NCBI GenBank assembly: GCA_022844165.1
Contig: JALHMH010000003.1
Span: 184,890 to 248,889 of the forward strand
Reading direction: 5' to 3'
Length of the DNA stretch: 64,000 nucleotides
Source: Lysobacterales bacterium
GTDB lineage: Bacteria; Pseudomonadota; Gammaproteobacteria; Xanthomonadales; SZUA-5
Positions 29,020-37,466 of this stretch are shown here, piece by piece. Made by a program: the position numbers and the translations under genes. Position 1 is the first letter of the stretch. Every line of letters begins with the position of its first letter. The notes under the pieces are model-generated. The model made no database searches. It was not told where the DNA came from and saw nothing but the letters and a program-made list of their open reading frames with translations.

Positions 29020-29654
29020 ACATACCCCCGGATGGGTCGCGCCAAGGCGCGACGCTGTTGTCTGTTCCCCGCAGCGGGCAGTGCGCTGCGGGGAAGCTCA
29101 CTCGTCCGCATTGCGATTTCGCGCCTCATGATTCGGGTGACTCGATCGAAGCGGCGGATCATCGAGGCTTGAGGGAACAGCTGAAAGCGTCGCGCTCTGG
29201 CGCGAGCCACGGACAGTTGGGCTTTACGTTGCTGGAAATGATCGTCGTGCTGCTGATCATCGCCACCGCCGCAACGATGCTGGGCACCTCGATCGTCGGG
29301 CGGCTGGACAGCGTGCGCGTGGCGACCGCTGCGCGCGATGTCAGCTCAGCGCTGCGCCTGACGCGCAGCCAGGCGATTTTGAAGCGCGAAGAGATGTTTC
29401 TGGAAATCGATCTCGACAAGCGCACGTACACAGCGCCGGGCCGCGAGCCGGTGCAGTTGCCGGATGCGCTGGAATTGAAGCTGCTGACAGCCAGTACCGA
29501 AGTCGATAGCGGTAATGTCGGGCGCATCCGCTTTTTTGCCGACGGCGGCTCAACCGGTGGTCGCGTTACGCTGATGGCCGGCGCGCGCGAGTGGAAGGTC
29601 AATGTCTCTTGGCTGACCGGCGAGATTCAGCTCGACGATGGGCGCAAGGGATGA
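29016..29654 (+). CDS. gspH: Minor pseudopilin H with long leader
   Basis: G/FTLLEM motif; IRFFADGGSTGG, V.WLTG; GTGA overlap with gspG; start uncertain. Confidence 0.88.
   Translation: MNIPPDGSRQGATLLSVPRSGQCAAGKLTRPHCDFAPHDSGDSIEAADHRGLREQLKASRSGASHGQLGFTLLEMIVVLLIIATAATMLGTSIVGRLDSVRVATAARDVSSALRLTRSQAILKREEMFLEIDLDKRTYTAPGREPVQLPDALELKLLTASTEVDSGNVGRIRFFADGGSTGGRVTLMAGAREWKVNVSWLTGEIQLDDGRKG
29033..29210. repeat. REP doublet (REPIN-like) within the gspH 5' region
   Basis: TGGGTCGCGCCAAGGCGCGACGCT (29033) and inverted AGCGTCGCGCTCTGGCGCGAGCCAC (29186), each itself palindromic. Confidence 0.75.
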
Positions 29655-30064
29655 GCGCCGGGCGCCAACAAGGCGGCTTTACGCTCATCGAAGTGCTGGT
29701 GGCGTTTCTGGTCTTTGTCATGGTCTTTGGCGCAATTCTGGAAGCGCTTGGTATGGCGATGCGCAATACGCGGCGTTCGGCGGAGGTCAGCGAAGCAGCG
29801 CTTTGGGCGCAATCCAAACTCGATACCGTCGGCAATCTGGAGGAACTCAAAGACGCCAGCGACAGTGGTGAGTTCAACCAACGCTATCGTTGGCAGCTCG
29901 ATGTTCGCAAAGTCGAAGTACCGCGCGACGATGGCCTCTCGGCCGATAGTTTTCCAGTCGAGCTGTATCGCGTTGAGCTGATCGTCAATTGGGGTGATGG
30001 CCGCCGTCAGAACGAGCAGCGTTTTGTAACAATGCGCAGTAAGCTCAAAGAGGGGCAGTTCTGA
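29651..30064 (+). CDS. gspI: Minor pseudopilin I
   Basis: QQGG/FTLIEVLVA; AALWAQSKLD; ATGA overlap with gspH. Confidence 0.88.
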   Translation: MSAGRQQGGFTLIEVLVAFLVFVMVFGAILEALGMAMRNTRRSAEVSEAALWAQSKLDTVGNLEELKDASDSGEFNQRYRWQLDVRKVEVPRDDGLSADSFPVELYRVELIVNWGDGRRQNEQRFVTMRSKLKEGQF

Positions 30065-30840
30065 TGCATCTCTTACGGGGCACGGGGCGCGGGGCACGGG
30101 AAACGGGAGCGTGCGGGAACGCTGTTCGGGTTTCGGGGGTCGTTGGCACCCAAGCAGGCGACGGCCCGTGCCCCGAACTTCAGGGCAACCAGGCAGGCTT
30201 TACCCTCATCGAACTCCTCGTCGCCATGGCCCTCGTGGCGCTGCTGATGACCATGATCTACGAGGGGCTGCGCAGCGGCCAGCGGGCAGCGGAAACCGGG
30301 CAGGCGTTTATCGATCGCACCAATCGTGTGCGCATCACGCACGAGTTTTTACGCGGCCAGATCAGTCGCTTGATGCCGCTGCCATATAAGCAGGACAACA
30401 CCAACGGCAAGCTTTTTATTTTTGAAGGCGATCAAGAACGGATTCGTTTTGTTGGCCCCATGCCTGGATACCTCGGTTTTGGCGGAGCGTATGTGCAGGA
30501 ACTGGAGTTGATTCGCGATGGCGGCGCCAGGTCTCTGGTTTATCGCTATTGGCTGCTGAACGGGTTCGATGAAAAAGACATCGATACCGCCGAGCCGCCG
30601 GTACTTTTGCTCGAAGGTATCCGGGATGCGAGTTTTCGGTTCAAGGGCATCAACGCGGAAGGCAAAATCAGCGATTGGCGCAGCGATTGGGAAGACTCCC
30701 AACTGACTCCGCTGGTGGTCGAGCTGAAGATGGAAATGACCCGCGAAAGCCGTATGGAATGGCCGATTCTTGAAGTCGTCATGATGGTCGATGGTGGTTC
30801 GACGCGTGGTTTCAACGCTGGGTTTTTCCCGTCTGGTTAA
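30064..30840 (+). CDS. gspJ: Minor pseudopilin J with long leader
   Basis: QAG/FTLIELLVA; RFVGPMPGYLG.GG.Y; TGATG coupling to gspI. Confidence 0.88.
   Translation: MHLLRGTGRGARETGACGNAVRVSGVVGTQAGDGPCPELQGNQAGFTLIELLVAMALVALLMTMIYEGLRSGQRAAETGQAFIDRTNRVRITHEFLRGQISRLMPLPYKQDNTNGKLFIFEGDQERIRFVGPMPGYLGFGGAYVQELELIRDGGARSLVYRYWLLNGFDEKDIDTAEPPVLLLEGIRDASFRFKGINAEGKISDWRSDWEDSQLTPLVVELKMEMTRESRMEWPILEVVMMVDGGSTRGFNAGFFPSG
30075..30175. repeat. ACGGGGC heptamer tandem with inverted partner in the gspJ leader
   Basis: ACGGGGC-ACGGGGC-GCGGGGC-ACGGGAA-ACGGGAG and CCCGTGCCCCG (30165). Confidence 0.78.
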
Positions 30841-31824
30841 ATGGGTCGCGTGTGTTGCAACCGCCTACGTTCAGCCACCAACCCAACCGCCAACCGCCAA
30901 CCGCCAACCGCCAACCGCCCTATGCCATCACCCACCCAACAACGCGGAATCGCCCTGGTCATGGTGCTCTGGGTGTGCATTCTGATCGCTGTACTGCTGG
31001 CGAGTTTTTCGATCAGCGCGCGAATCGAGGCACTGCAGGGCCGCAATTTGCTGGATGCCACCCGCGCCCGTTATGCAGCAGAAGCGGGCCTGCATCGCGC
31101 CGCCTATGAGCTGCGCGGCAATAATCCGGAAACGCGCTGGGTAGCGGATGGGCGCCCGTATGAGATCGAATTTGAAGGCGCCACAGTCACCATCGAGATT
31201 TATGATGAAACGGGCAAAGTCGACTTGAACGTTGCGGATCCGATCACACTGACTGCGCTGTTCGAGTCTGGGGGCCTCAACCAATTGGATGCCGAAGCGC
31301 TGGCTGGTGCGGTGATGGACTGGCGCGATCCCGATGAGCTGCTCAATCCCAATGGTGCCGAAGCCAACGAGTACGAAGCCGCAGGCCGTTCCTACAAGCC
31401 GCGCAATGCGCCATTCGAAACCGTCTCTGAAGTGCAACAAGTGCTTGGGATGAGTTTCGAATTGTATCGGGAACTTGAACCGCTGATGACCATCTACTCT
31501 GGACGCGCGCAGCCTAATCCGGCATTCGCGTCGCCCCAAGTTCTGGCTCTGTTACCCGGTATGTCGCCTGATCTCGTTGATCTTTTTGTGCAACAGCGCC
31601 AAATTCCGGCCGGACCTAGCGGGCAGGCAGCGCTGCCATTGGTCTTGCCAGACGGCACGCCGGTGGTAGCACAGGGCGGGGGGCTTACGTACACTATCCG
31701 GTCCGCTGCAACCTTGCCTGGTAGCGCCACCGCCAGCCTCGAAGCAACCATTCGTTTGGGCGCGAGCATGGTGGCGCGGCGACCATTTCGAATTGTTCGT
31801 TGGCGCGATGGCGAGGCTAAATGA
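30841..31824 (+). CDS. gspK: Minor pseudopilin K
   Basis: QRG/IALVMVLW; DETGKVDLN, DWRDPD, NAPF...EV.QV.GM; alternative start at 30922. Confidence 0.9.
   Translation: MGRVCCNRLRSATNPTANRQPPTANRPMPSPTQQRGIALVMVLWVCILIAVLLASFSISARIEALQGRNLLDATRARYAAEAGLHRAAYELRGNNPETRWVADGRPYEIEFEGATVTIEIYDETGKVDLNVADPITLTALFESGGLNQLDAEALAGAVMDWRDPDELLNPNGAEANEYEAAGRSYKPRNAPFETVSEVQQVLGMSFELYRELEPLMTIYSGRAQPNPAFASPQVLALLPGMSPDLVDLFVQQRQIPAGPSGQAALPLVLPDGTPVVAQGGGLTYTIRSAATLPGSATASLEATIRLGASMVARRPFRIVRWRDGEAK
30883..30917 (+). repeat. Perfect (CCAACCG)5 tandem repeat
   Basis: Five exact 7-bp units read directly from the sequence. Confidence 0.9.
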
Positions 31825-32015
31825 GCCGTCGGTGCGCTCACAAAATGGGCGTTAGGGTGTAGAGCGGGCGACTATCGTTGTTCGGAGATAGCTAGGCCCG
31901 ACTCTCGTGTTCACGACGATCGGGGGCAGGGAGGAGGCGGGAAGGTGGTCACCGTTTTAGGGTCGTCGGCGAGCGCACCCACGCATCGTCGCTTCGAGGC
32001 CTGGCCTCGCCTGGA

Positions 32016-33167
32016 TTGATTTGGAATTCGATGCTCGACGTAGTTCAAAAGCCTCTGCGCCGCTTTCGGCAGCGCTACGACAAGAGTGGATTGAAGCAGT
32101 TCTTGTCATGGTGGTACGCCGAACTCGTCGGCATGTTGCCGACGGGTTTGCGTGCGTTGCTGAGCAGCGATCGCGCTCACCTGGCCATTACGCCATTGGA
32201 TACGGGATGGCGCGTGGATCGTGTTCGCGGCGGCAGGGTTGAAGAATCGCAAGGGGCGGAAACCCAGGAAGGGTTGACTCAGGCGTTGACGGCGCTGACG
32301 CCGGAGGGCGAAACGCCCTTGCAGGTTCTGGTGCTGCCGCAATCGAGTGTGTTACGTCGTCGTGTCAATCTGCCGGCAGCGGCCGAAGAACATCTTGAAA
32401 AGGTGCTGGGCTTCGAAATGGATCGGCAAACGCCGTTTCGCGCGGACCAGCTCTACGTCGATTCGTACATCGCCAAGCGCGATGCAACGGCGCGTACTCT
32501 GCTTGTCGATATGCTGGCAATACCGCGAGCGGCGCTCGATCAGCGCCTGGCGGCGCTTGGCAACATTGCCCTGGACGGGGTCGATGTCGCTGGGCCTGAA
32601 GGTTTGGCAGGCTTCAATATTTTACCGGGCGAACGTCGCGCACGACGGACCAACCAGCGCCTGCGTATCAACGTCATTCTTGCGATCAGCGCCGTCGCGC
32701 TGCTTTGGCTGGTGATGTGGCAGTCGTTGCAGTTGCGCGAGAGCGCCATATCGAATCTCGCGGAGACCATGGATGAGTCGCGGTTGCAAGCCACGCAAAC
32801 GACTGAGCTGAAGCGCCAGCTGCGCGATGCGATTGAAGGTGCGAACTTCCTGGCGAAAAAGAAGTCCGAACAACCCATTTCGGTGGATGTGCTGAACGAG
32901 ATCACGCAACTCGTTCCGGACGACACCTGGTTGGAACGCGTCAGCTTCACGCAGACTGACAAGGCGATGCAGGTACAGTTGCAAGGGCAGTCGGCGCGCG
33001 CGGACAAATTGATCGGCCTTTTGACCAAGAGCAAGTGCCTGACCAATCCACAATTCATCGGCATCATTCAACCCGACGGCGCCACCGGTAAGGAGCGCTT
33101 CACTTTGTCCGCAGACCTGAGAACGGGGGTGTGTCATGGCGCTGACGCTGTTGCCGCCACCCGGTAA
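32016..33167 (+). CDS. gspL: T2SS protein L (XpsL-type, PilN domain)
   Basis: FL.WW..EL, FEMDRQTPF, single TM, PDDTWLE; start uncertain. Confidence 0.87.
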   Translation: MIWNSMLDVVQKPLRRFRQRYDKSGLKQFLSWWYAELVGMLPTGLRALLSSDRAHLAITPLDTGWRVDRVRGGRVEESQGAETQEGLTQALTALTPEGETPLQVLVLPQSSVLRRRVNLPAAAEEHLEKVLGFEMDRQTPFRADQLYVDSYIAKRDATARTLLVDMLAIPRAALDQRLAALGNIALDGVDVAGPEGLAGFNILPGERRARRTNQRLRINVILAISAVALLWLVMWQSLQLRESAISNLAETMDESRLQATQTTELKRQLRDAIEGANFLAKKKSEQPISVDVLNEITQLVPDDTWLERVSFTQTDKAMQVQLQGQSARADKLIGLLTKSKCLTNPQFIGIIQPDGATGKERFTLSADLRTGVCHGADAVAATR

Positions 33168-33744
33168 GGGCAGGCCGGTTGCGATCGGCTTGTTGCTGCT
33201 GGTGCTGGCGATCATTTATTTCGCGCTGTTTCACGGTTTCATTGTGCAGCATCTGGCATATGCGGAAACGCTGTCCGTAGATAAGACCAACGAGCTCCGA
33301 TTCCGCCAGATCGCCGCTCAGCGTGCCGATGTTCAGGCGCGACTTGGGGAAGTGCGGCAGTTCCAGGCTGGCGCGAACTATTTTTTGCCTGAAGACAGCT
33401 TCGATCTCGCGGCCGCAAACCTCAACAGCCAGCTCAAACAGATCATCACCGACAAGGCGCGCGACGCACAGCGCTGCCAATTGACCAGCAGCCAGAACGA
33501 GCGGCCAACCGCCGCCGAACCCTACCAGCGCGTCGTGGTCAAGGTGCGCATGCGCTGCGATCTGGACGATCTCACCGAGGTTCTTTACGAGCTGGAGAAC
33601 GCAACGCCGTTCTTGTTCATTACCGAGTTGAATCTCTACCAGCAGCAGATGTTCCAGGGCGGAATGCCGCAGCCGAACTTGGGTGATCTTGACATCCGCT
33701 TCGATTTGTTCGGTTACATCCGCAAACCTGGAGGTCAGGGATGA
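33136..33744 (+). CDS. gspM: T2SS protein M
   Basis: N-terminal TM; LE...PFLFI..L, LDIRFDL.GY. Confidence 0.85.
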   Translation: MALTLLPPPGKGRPVAIGLLLLVLAIIYFALFHGFIVQHLAYAETLSVDKTNELRFRQIAAQRADVQARLGEVRQFQAGANYFLPEDSFDLAAANLNSQLKQIITDKARDAQRCQLTSSQNERPTAAEPYQRVVVKVRMRCDLDDLTEVLYELENATPFLFITELNLYQQQMFQGGMPQPNLGDLDIRFDLFGYIRKPGGQG

Positions 33745-34493
33745 AGCGCGACCTCGGTGCCTGGATTACGCCGATTCTCGGTGGCATTTGCAGCTGCCTG
33801 GGATTGATTGCAGCACTGCAGGCGCTTGGCGTGGGCGGTGGGTTCTCGGTACTCCCGGCCACCAGTCTGGCGCTGGAAGAAGATCTCAAACAGCCGTTGA
33901 CGCAGTCGGAGTTCAAGCTGCCGCCGTTTACTCAATACGCCGAGATTGCGCAGCGCCCGATTTTCAATTCCGATCGCAAGCCGCGACCGATCGAAGCGAT
34001 CGCAGCTGTGCCGGGCGGCGAAGAACCGCCGCCAGTCGCACTCAACATCACTTTGCTTGGTGTGTTGCTTGAGAACGAAAAGAAAATCGCCATCTTCCGC
34101 GACAACAGCAAGAGCACCACGGTACGCGCCAAAGTCGGGATGCCATTGCCTGGCGAACTGGCCGGCTGGACATTGCAGGAACTTGAGCCGCGCAAAGCCG
34201 TCTTTGACGGTGGCCCCCAGCAAGGTACGGCCGAGGTCAAGCTGGATGTGACCAAAGCGCCCACGGGGGCGCCACCTCCGGCGCCAATGCAAGCCATAAA
34301 CCCAGGTGTGCCGCCGCAGCCACCGCCACAGCCCGGACAAGCCATGCCAACGGCGCAGCCTGGACAACCGGGGCAAGTATCGCCAGAGGAGGCGGCGCGT
34401 CAAGCCGAAGTGCAAAGAATCATCGAGCAGCGTCGTGCGCAGATGCGCGCGGAAGCAGAAAAAATGAGTCAGCAGCAAGGGCAGCAACAATGA
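33741..34493 (+). CDS. XpsN/GspC-like T2SS protein
   Basis: TM, YAEI..RPIF..DR.P, Pro/Gln-rich linker, IEQRRAQMR tail; located between gspM and gspD. Confidence 0.72.
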   Translation: MKRDLGAWITPILGGICSCLGLIAALQALGVGGGFSVLPATSLALEEDLKQPLTQSEFKLPPFTQYAEIAQRPIFNSDRKPRPIEAIAAVPGGEEPPPVALNITLLGVLLENEKKIAIFRDNSKSTTVRAKVGMPLPGELAGWTLQELEPRKAVFDGGPQQGTAEVKLDVTKAPTGAPPPAPMQAINPGVPPQPPPQPGQAMPTAQPGQPGQVSPEEAARQAEVQRIIEQRRAQMRAEAEKMSQQQGQQQ

Positions 34494-36844
34494 CAGGCGC
34501 TGTCCAAAAGGAGAGTTGGGTGATCGACCGTTGGATCAGAGCCGGCGCCGTGGCGTTGGCAGTTTTTTTGGCCGGCTGCGCCACAGCACCGGAACGACCG
34601 GTGGCCGATATCGCACCAAAACCACGACCCGTCCTGCAAGACGAAGACGTTGACGCTGCGCCGGTGGCACCGGTTACCGCGGAGGTTGCAAAGGACGAGA
34701 TCACGCCCGGTACGGGCGAGCTGATCAATCTTGCCGCCGCCAAGCGCCCAAATCGCAAGCCACCCGAACAGGGCAAAGCCAGCCTCAACTTTGCCGACAT
34801 GCCGATCGCCGATGTGGTCAAGATGATCTTGGGCGACCTGCTCGGCGAGAACTATGTGATTGCGGCGGGAGTCAGCGGCACCGTGACTTTTTCCACGGTG
34901 CGGCCGGTCACCTCAGAGCAAGCGCTGTCGATCCTCGAAATGTTGCTCAGCTGGAATAACCTCGCATTGGTTTACATCGACGGGCAGTATTCGATTGTGC
35001 CTGCCGCCAATGCCGTTCGCGGCAATCTGACGCCGCGCGTGGGCTCGCTCGACGGCGCCCGCGGATTTGAGGTCCGCGCCATCCCGTTGCAGTTCATTGC
35101 GCCGACGGAAATGGAGAAGTTGCTGCAGCCTTACGCTCGCGAGGGAGCCATCCTCAAGGCCGACAACGCGCGCAGTTTGATTGTTCTGGCAGGTACCCGC
35201 CGCGAGCTCGAAAACTACCTGACGACCGTCGAAGTGTTCGATGTCGACTGGATCAAAGGTATGTCGATCGGGCTGATCACTTTGGAAGAAGCCGAAGCTA
35301 AGGCGCTGGTGCCCGAGCTCGATCAAATCTTCGGCGAAGCCTCTGGCTCGCCGCTCGCCGGGATGTTCCGATTCCTTCCCATCGAGCGCTTGAACGCCAT
35401 CCTGGTCATCACGCCGCAGCGACGTTATCTCAACGAGGCGGAGCGCTGGATCGAGCGTCTCGATAAGGGCGGCAACCAGCCCGGCGTGCGCCTCTACGTC
35501 TACGACGTCAAGAACGTCAAGGCAACCGATCTGTCAGATCGCTTGAACGACATTTTCGGTGGCTCTGGCGGTGAATCGAATCGCGCCAGAACATCGAATG
35601 CCGCAGGATCGCTGGCCCCAGGACTACAGCCGGTTGAGTTGTCGTCTGGCAGTAGCGCACGATTGCGCGGACCCACGGGCGAACGCATCGAGCCGAACAA
35701 GGATGCCAGCAATCCAGGTGGTGCAGCGGCGACCGACGCGGGCGCGCAGCAACGCGCTTTCGCTGCAGCTTCCGCGCCCGGAGGCGGCGGCGATCAAGGG
35801 CTGGCGATCATCGAAGGCGAAGAGATTCGCATCACCGCCGTCGAGGAAAACAACCAGTTGATTATCCGCTCGACGCCAGGGCAATACGAAGCGATCCGCG
35901 GCGCGATCCGTAAACTCGACACCGTACCGTTGCAGGTCCACATCGAAGCACGTCTGCTCGATGTGAGCTTGTCGAACTCATTGCAATTTGGCGTGAGCTG
36001 GTTTTTTGACGAGGCAGTTGCCAACTTGCCGGTCGACGATGACGATGACGATGACGATGACGATAACAGCGCCGCATCGGCGCTCAAGGAAGTCTTGGGA
36101 ACTGCCACTTTTGGTCAGATCGGTGGCGGCGGTAACCGCTGGATATTCAGCGGCAAAAACGCAGCGGCGCTGATCACCTTCCTGCAAAACGAAACCGACA
36201 CCAAGGTGCTCTCTGCTCCGTCGGTGCTGGTGCTCAACAACACCGAAGCCTCGATCAACGTCGGTCAGCAGATTCCCGTCGTCAGCAGTTTTTTCAATCC
36301 TATTACGACGCCAGGGACCGGTGGAAGCTCGGTTGGCCAAAGCCAGTTTCAGTTTCGCGATACCGGTATCACGCTCGAGGTCAAGCCAAGAGTCAATCCA
36401 GGTGGGCTCGTTTTTATGGAGATTTCTGCCGAGCAGAGCACGCCGGGTGCGTCGTCCGCGGCGTCCGACTTTGGCGGCAACGTGCCCGTCGATCAGCAAA
36501 CCATCTCGACGGAAATTGCCGTTCAGAGTGGCGACACGGTTCTTCTGGGTGGCCTCATTCAGCAAAACGACAGCCAGTCGAATGCCGGTGTTCCCGGATT
36601 GAAGAACATCCCCATCATCGGTCGCCTCTTCGGCAGCAGCAATACAGACAATTCGCGCAAGGAGCTGCTGGTGTTGATCACGCCGACGGTGGTGCGCGGC
36701 GGAGAAGAAGCCGCTGAAATCACCGATGAATATAAGCAGCGCTTCCGCGGTTTGGAGCCGCTGCTCCGCGACATGGAAGAGGCTGAGCGTGCTCGCCTGC
36801 AACGCTTGCAAAATGAGAAAGGAGACAATGATGAAAATCCATAA
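34490..36844 (+). CDS. gspD: T2SS secretin (lipoprotein)
   Basis: Lipobox LAGC; N-domains; QVHIEA, A.INVG..IP, GVPGLKNIP..G.LF, ELLVLITP. Confidence 0.95.
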   Translation: MTGAVQKESWVIDRWIRAGAVALAVFLAGCATAPERPVADIAPKPRPVLQDEDVDAAPVAPVTAEVAKDEITPGTGELINLAAAKRPNRKPPEQGKASLNFADMPIADVVKMILGDLLGENYVIAAGVSGTVTFSTVRPVTSEQALSILEMLLSWNNLALVYIDGQYSIVPAANAVRGNLTPRVGSLDGARGFEVRAIPLQFIAPTEMEKLLQPYAREGAILKADNARSLIVLAGTRRELENYLTTVEVFDVDWIKGMSIGLITLEEAEAKALVPELDQIFGEASGSPLAGMFRFLPIERLNAILVITPQRRYLNEAERWIERLDKGGNQPGVRLYVYDVKNVKATDLSDRLNDIFGGSGGESNRARTSNAAGSLAPGLQPVELSSGSSARLRGPTGERIEPNKDASNPGGAAATDAGAQQRAFAAASAPGGGGDQGLAIIEGEEIRITAVEENNQLIIRSTPGQYEAIRGAIRKLDTVPLQVHIEARLLDVSLSNSLQFGVSWFFDEAVANLPVDDDDDDDDDDNSAASALKEVLGTATFGQIGGGGNRWIFSGKNAAALITFLQNETDTKVLSAPSVLVLNNTEASINVGQQIPVVSSFFNPITTPGTGGSSVGQSQFQFRDTGITLEVKPRVNPGGLVFMEISAEQSTPGASSAASDFGGNVPVDQQTISTEIAVQSGDTVLLGGLIQQNDSQSNAGVPGLKNIPIIGRLFGSSNTDNSRKELLVLITPTVVRGGEEAAEITDEYKQRFRGLEPLLRDMEEAERARLQRLQNEKGDNDENP
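36035..36064 (+). repeat. (GACGAT)5 in-frame microsatellite encoding Asp10
   Basis: Exact hexamer tandem inside gspD. Confidence 0.9.
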
Positions 36845-37313
36845 GCGGCGGGCCTTTCGTGCCGCTTTCCTGATTCTTCTGGCCGGTGCGTTGGCGGCAT
36901 GCGCAGGGAACGGGAAACGCAATCCTGAGCCGGCAGGTAGCGCCCCCGCCGGCGGAGAATCGGTTGCCGTCAAGCCAGAGGACGCTGTCCGAGTGCGTGC
37001 TGTCGCGCGGTGGGAGACGCTGATCGATCGTCAGTTCGATAAGGCCTACGACTACCTGTCGCCGGGCTACCGCGAAGTACGGCCGAGAGAGGACTACGCC
37101 AAAATCATGGGAGGGCGCCCACTGCAATGGACGAACGCGAGATTTGTCTCTGCCACTTGCGAGACCGAGACCTGCGCTGTCAGTATTGAGGTTCACGCGA
37201 ACTTCGAAATGCCGGTGATGCGTGTCGGCACGGTTGAAACGCTGACTGTCGTCCAAGAAAATTGGATCTTGAGCGACGGAGAGTGGTATTTGGTGCCTGC
37301 GGCCGACCGGTAA
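36828..37313 (+). CDS. Hypothetical lipoprotein
   Basis: AGGAG RBS; lipobox LAAC; RA..RW..L....F.KAY.YLSPGYR; overlaps the gspD end. Confidence 0.8.
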   Translation: MMKIHKRRAFRAAFLILLAGALAACAGNGKRNPEPAGSAPAGGESVAVKPEDAVRVRAVARWETLIDRQFDKAYDYLSPGYREVRPREDYAKIMGGRPLQWTNARFVSATCETETCAVSIEVHANFEMPVMRVGTVETLTVVQENWILSDGEWYLVPAADR

Positions 37314-37466
37314 GGTTGGCAGCGTGCGTAGTGGTTGCACTGCAGTTCAACTTGCATTAGCATCTGTTGCGCTCTTGTCTAGCCTTGCCACAAGAGGGGA
37401 TGAAATCCCCCACTGGGAGCGAGGTTAGCCGTAGGCGAAGCCCTGTAGTTGACTAGGAGTGTTGTA

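Noticed and set aside
27250-30920. Short tandem repeats as a CRISPR array
   Set aside because: 7-bp units without spacers; no cas genes
25486-36844. Absence of gspO and canonical gspC from the T2SS cluster
   Set aside because: Normal for Xanthomonas xps-type clusters, which use PilD and XpsN
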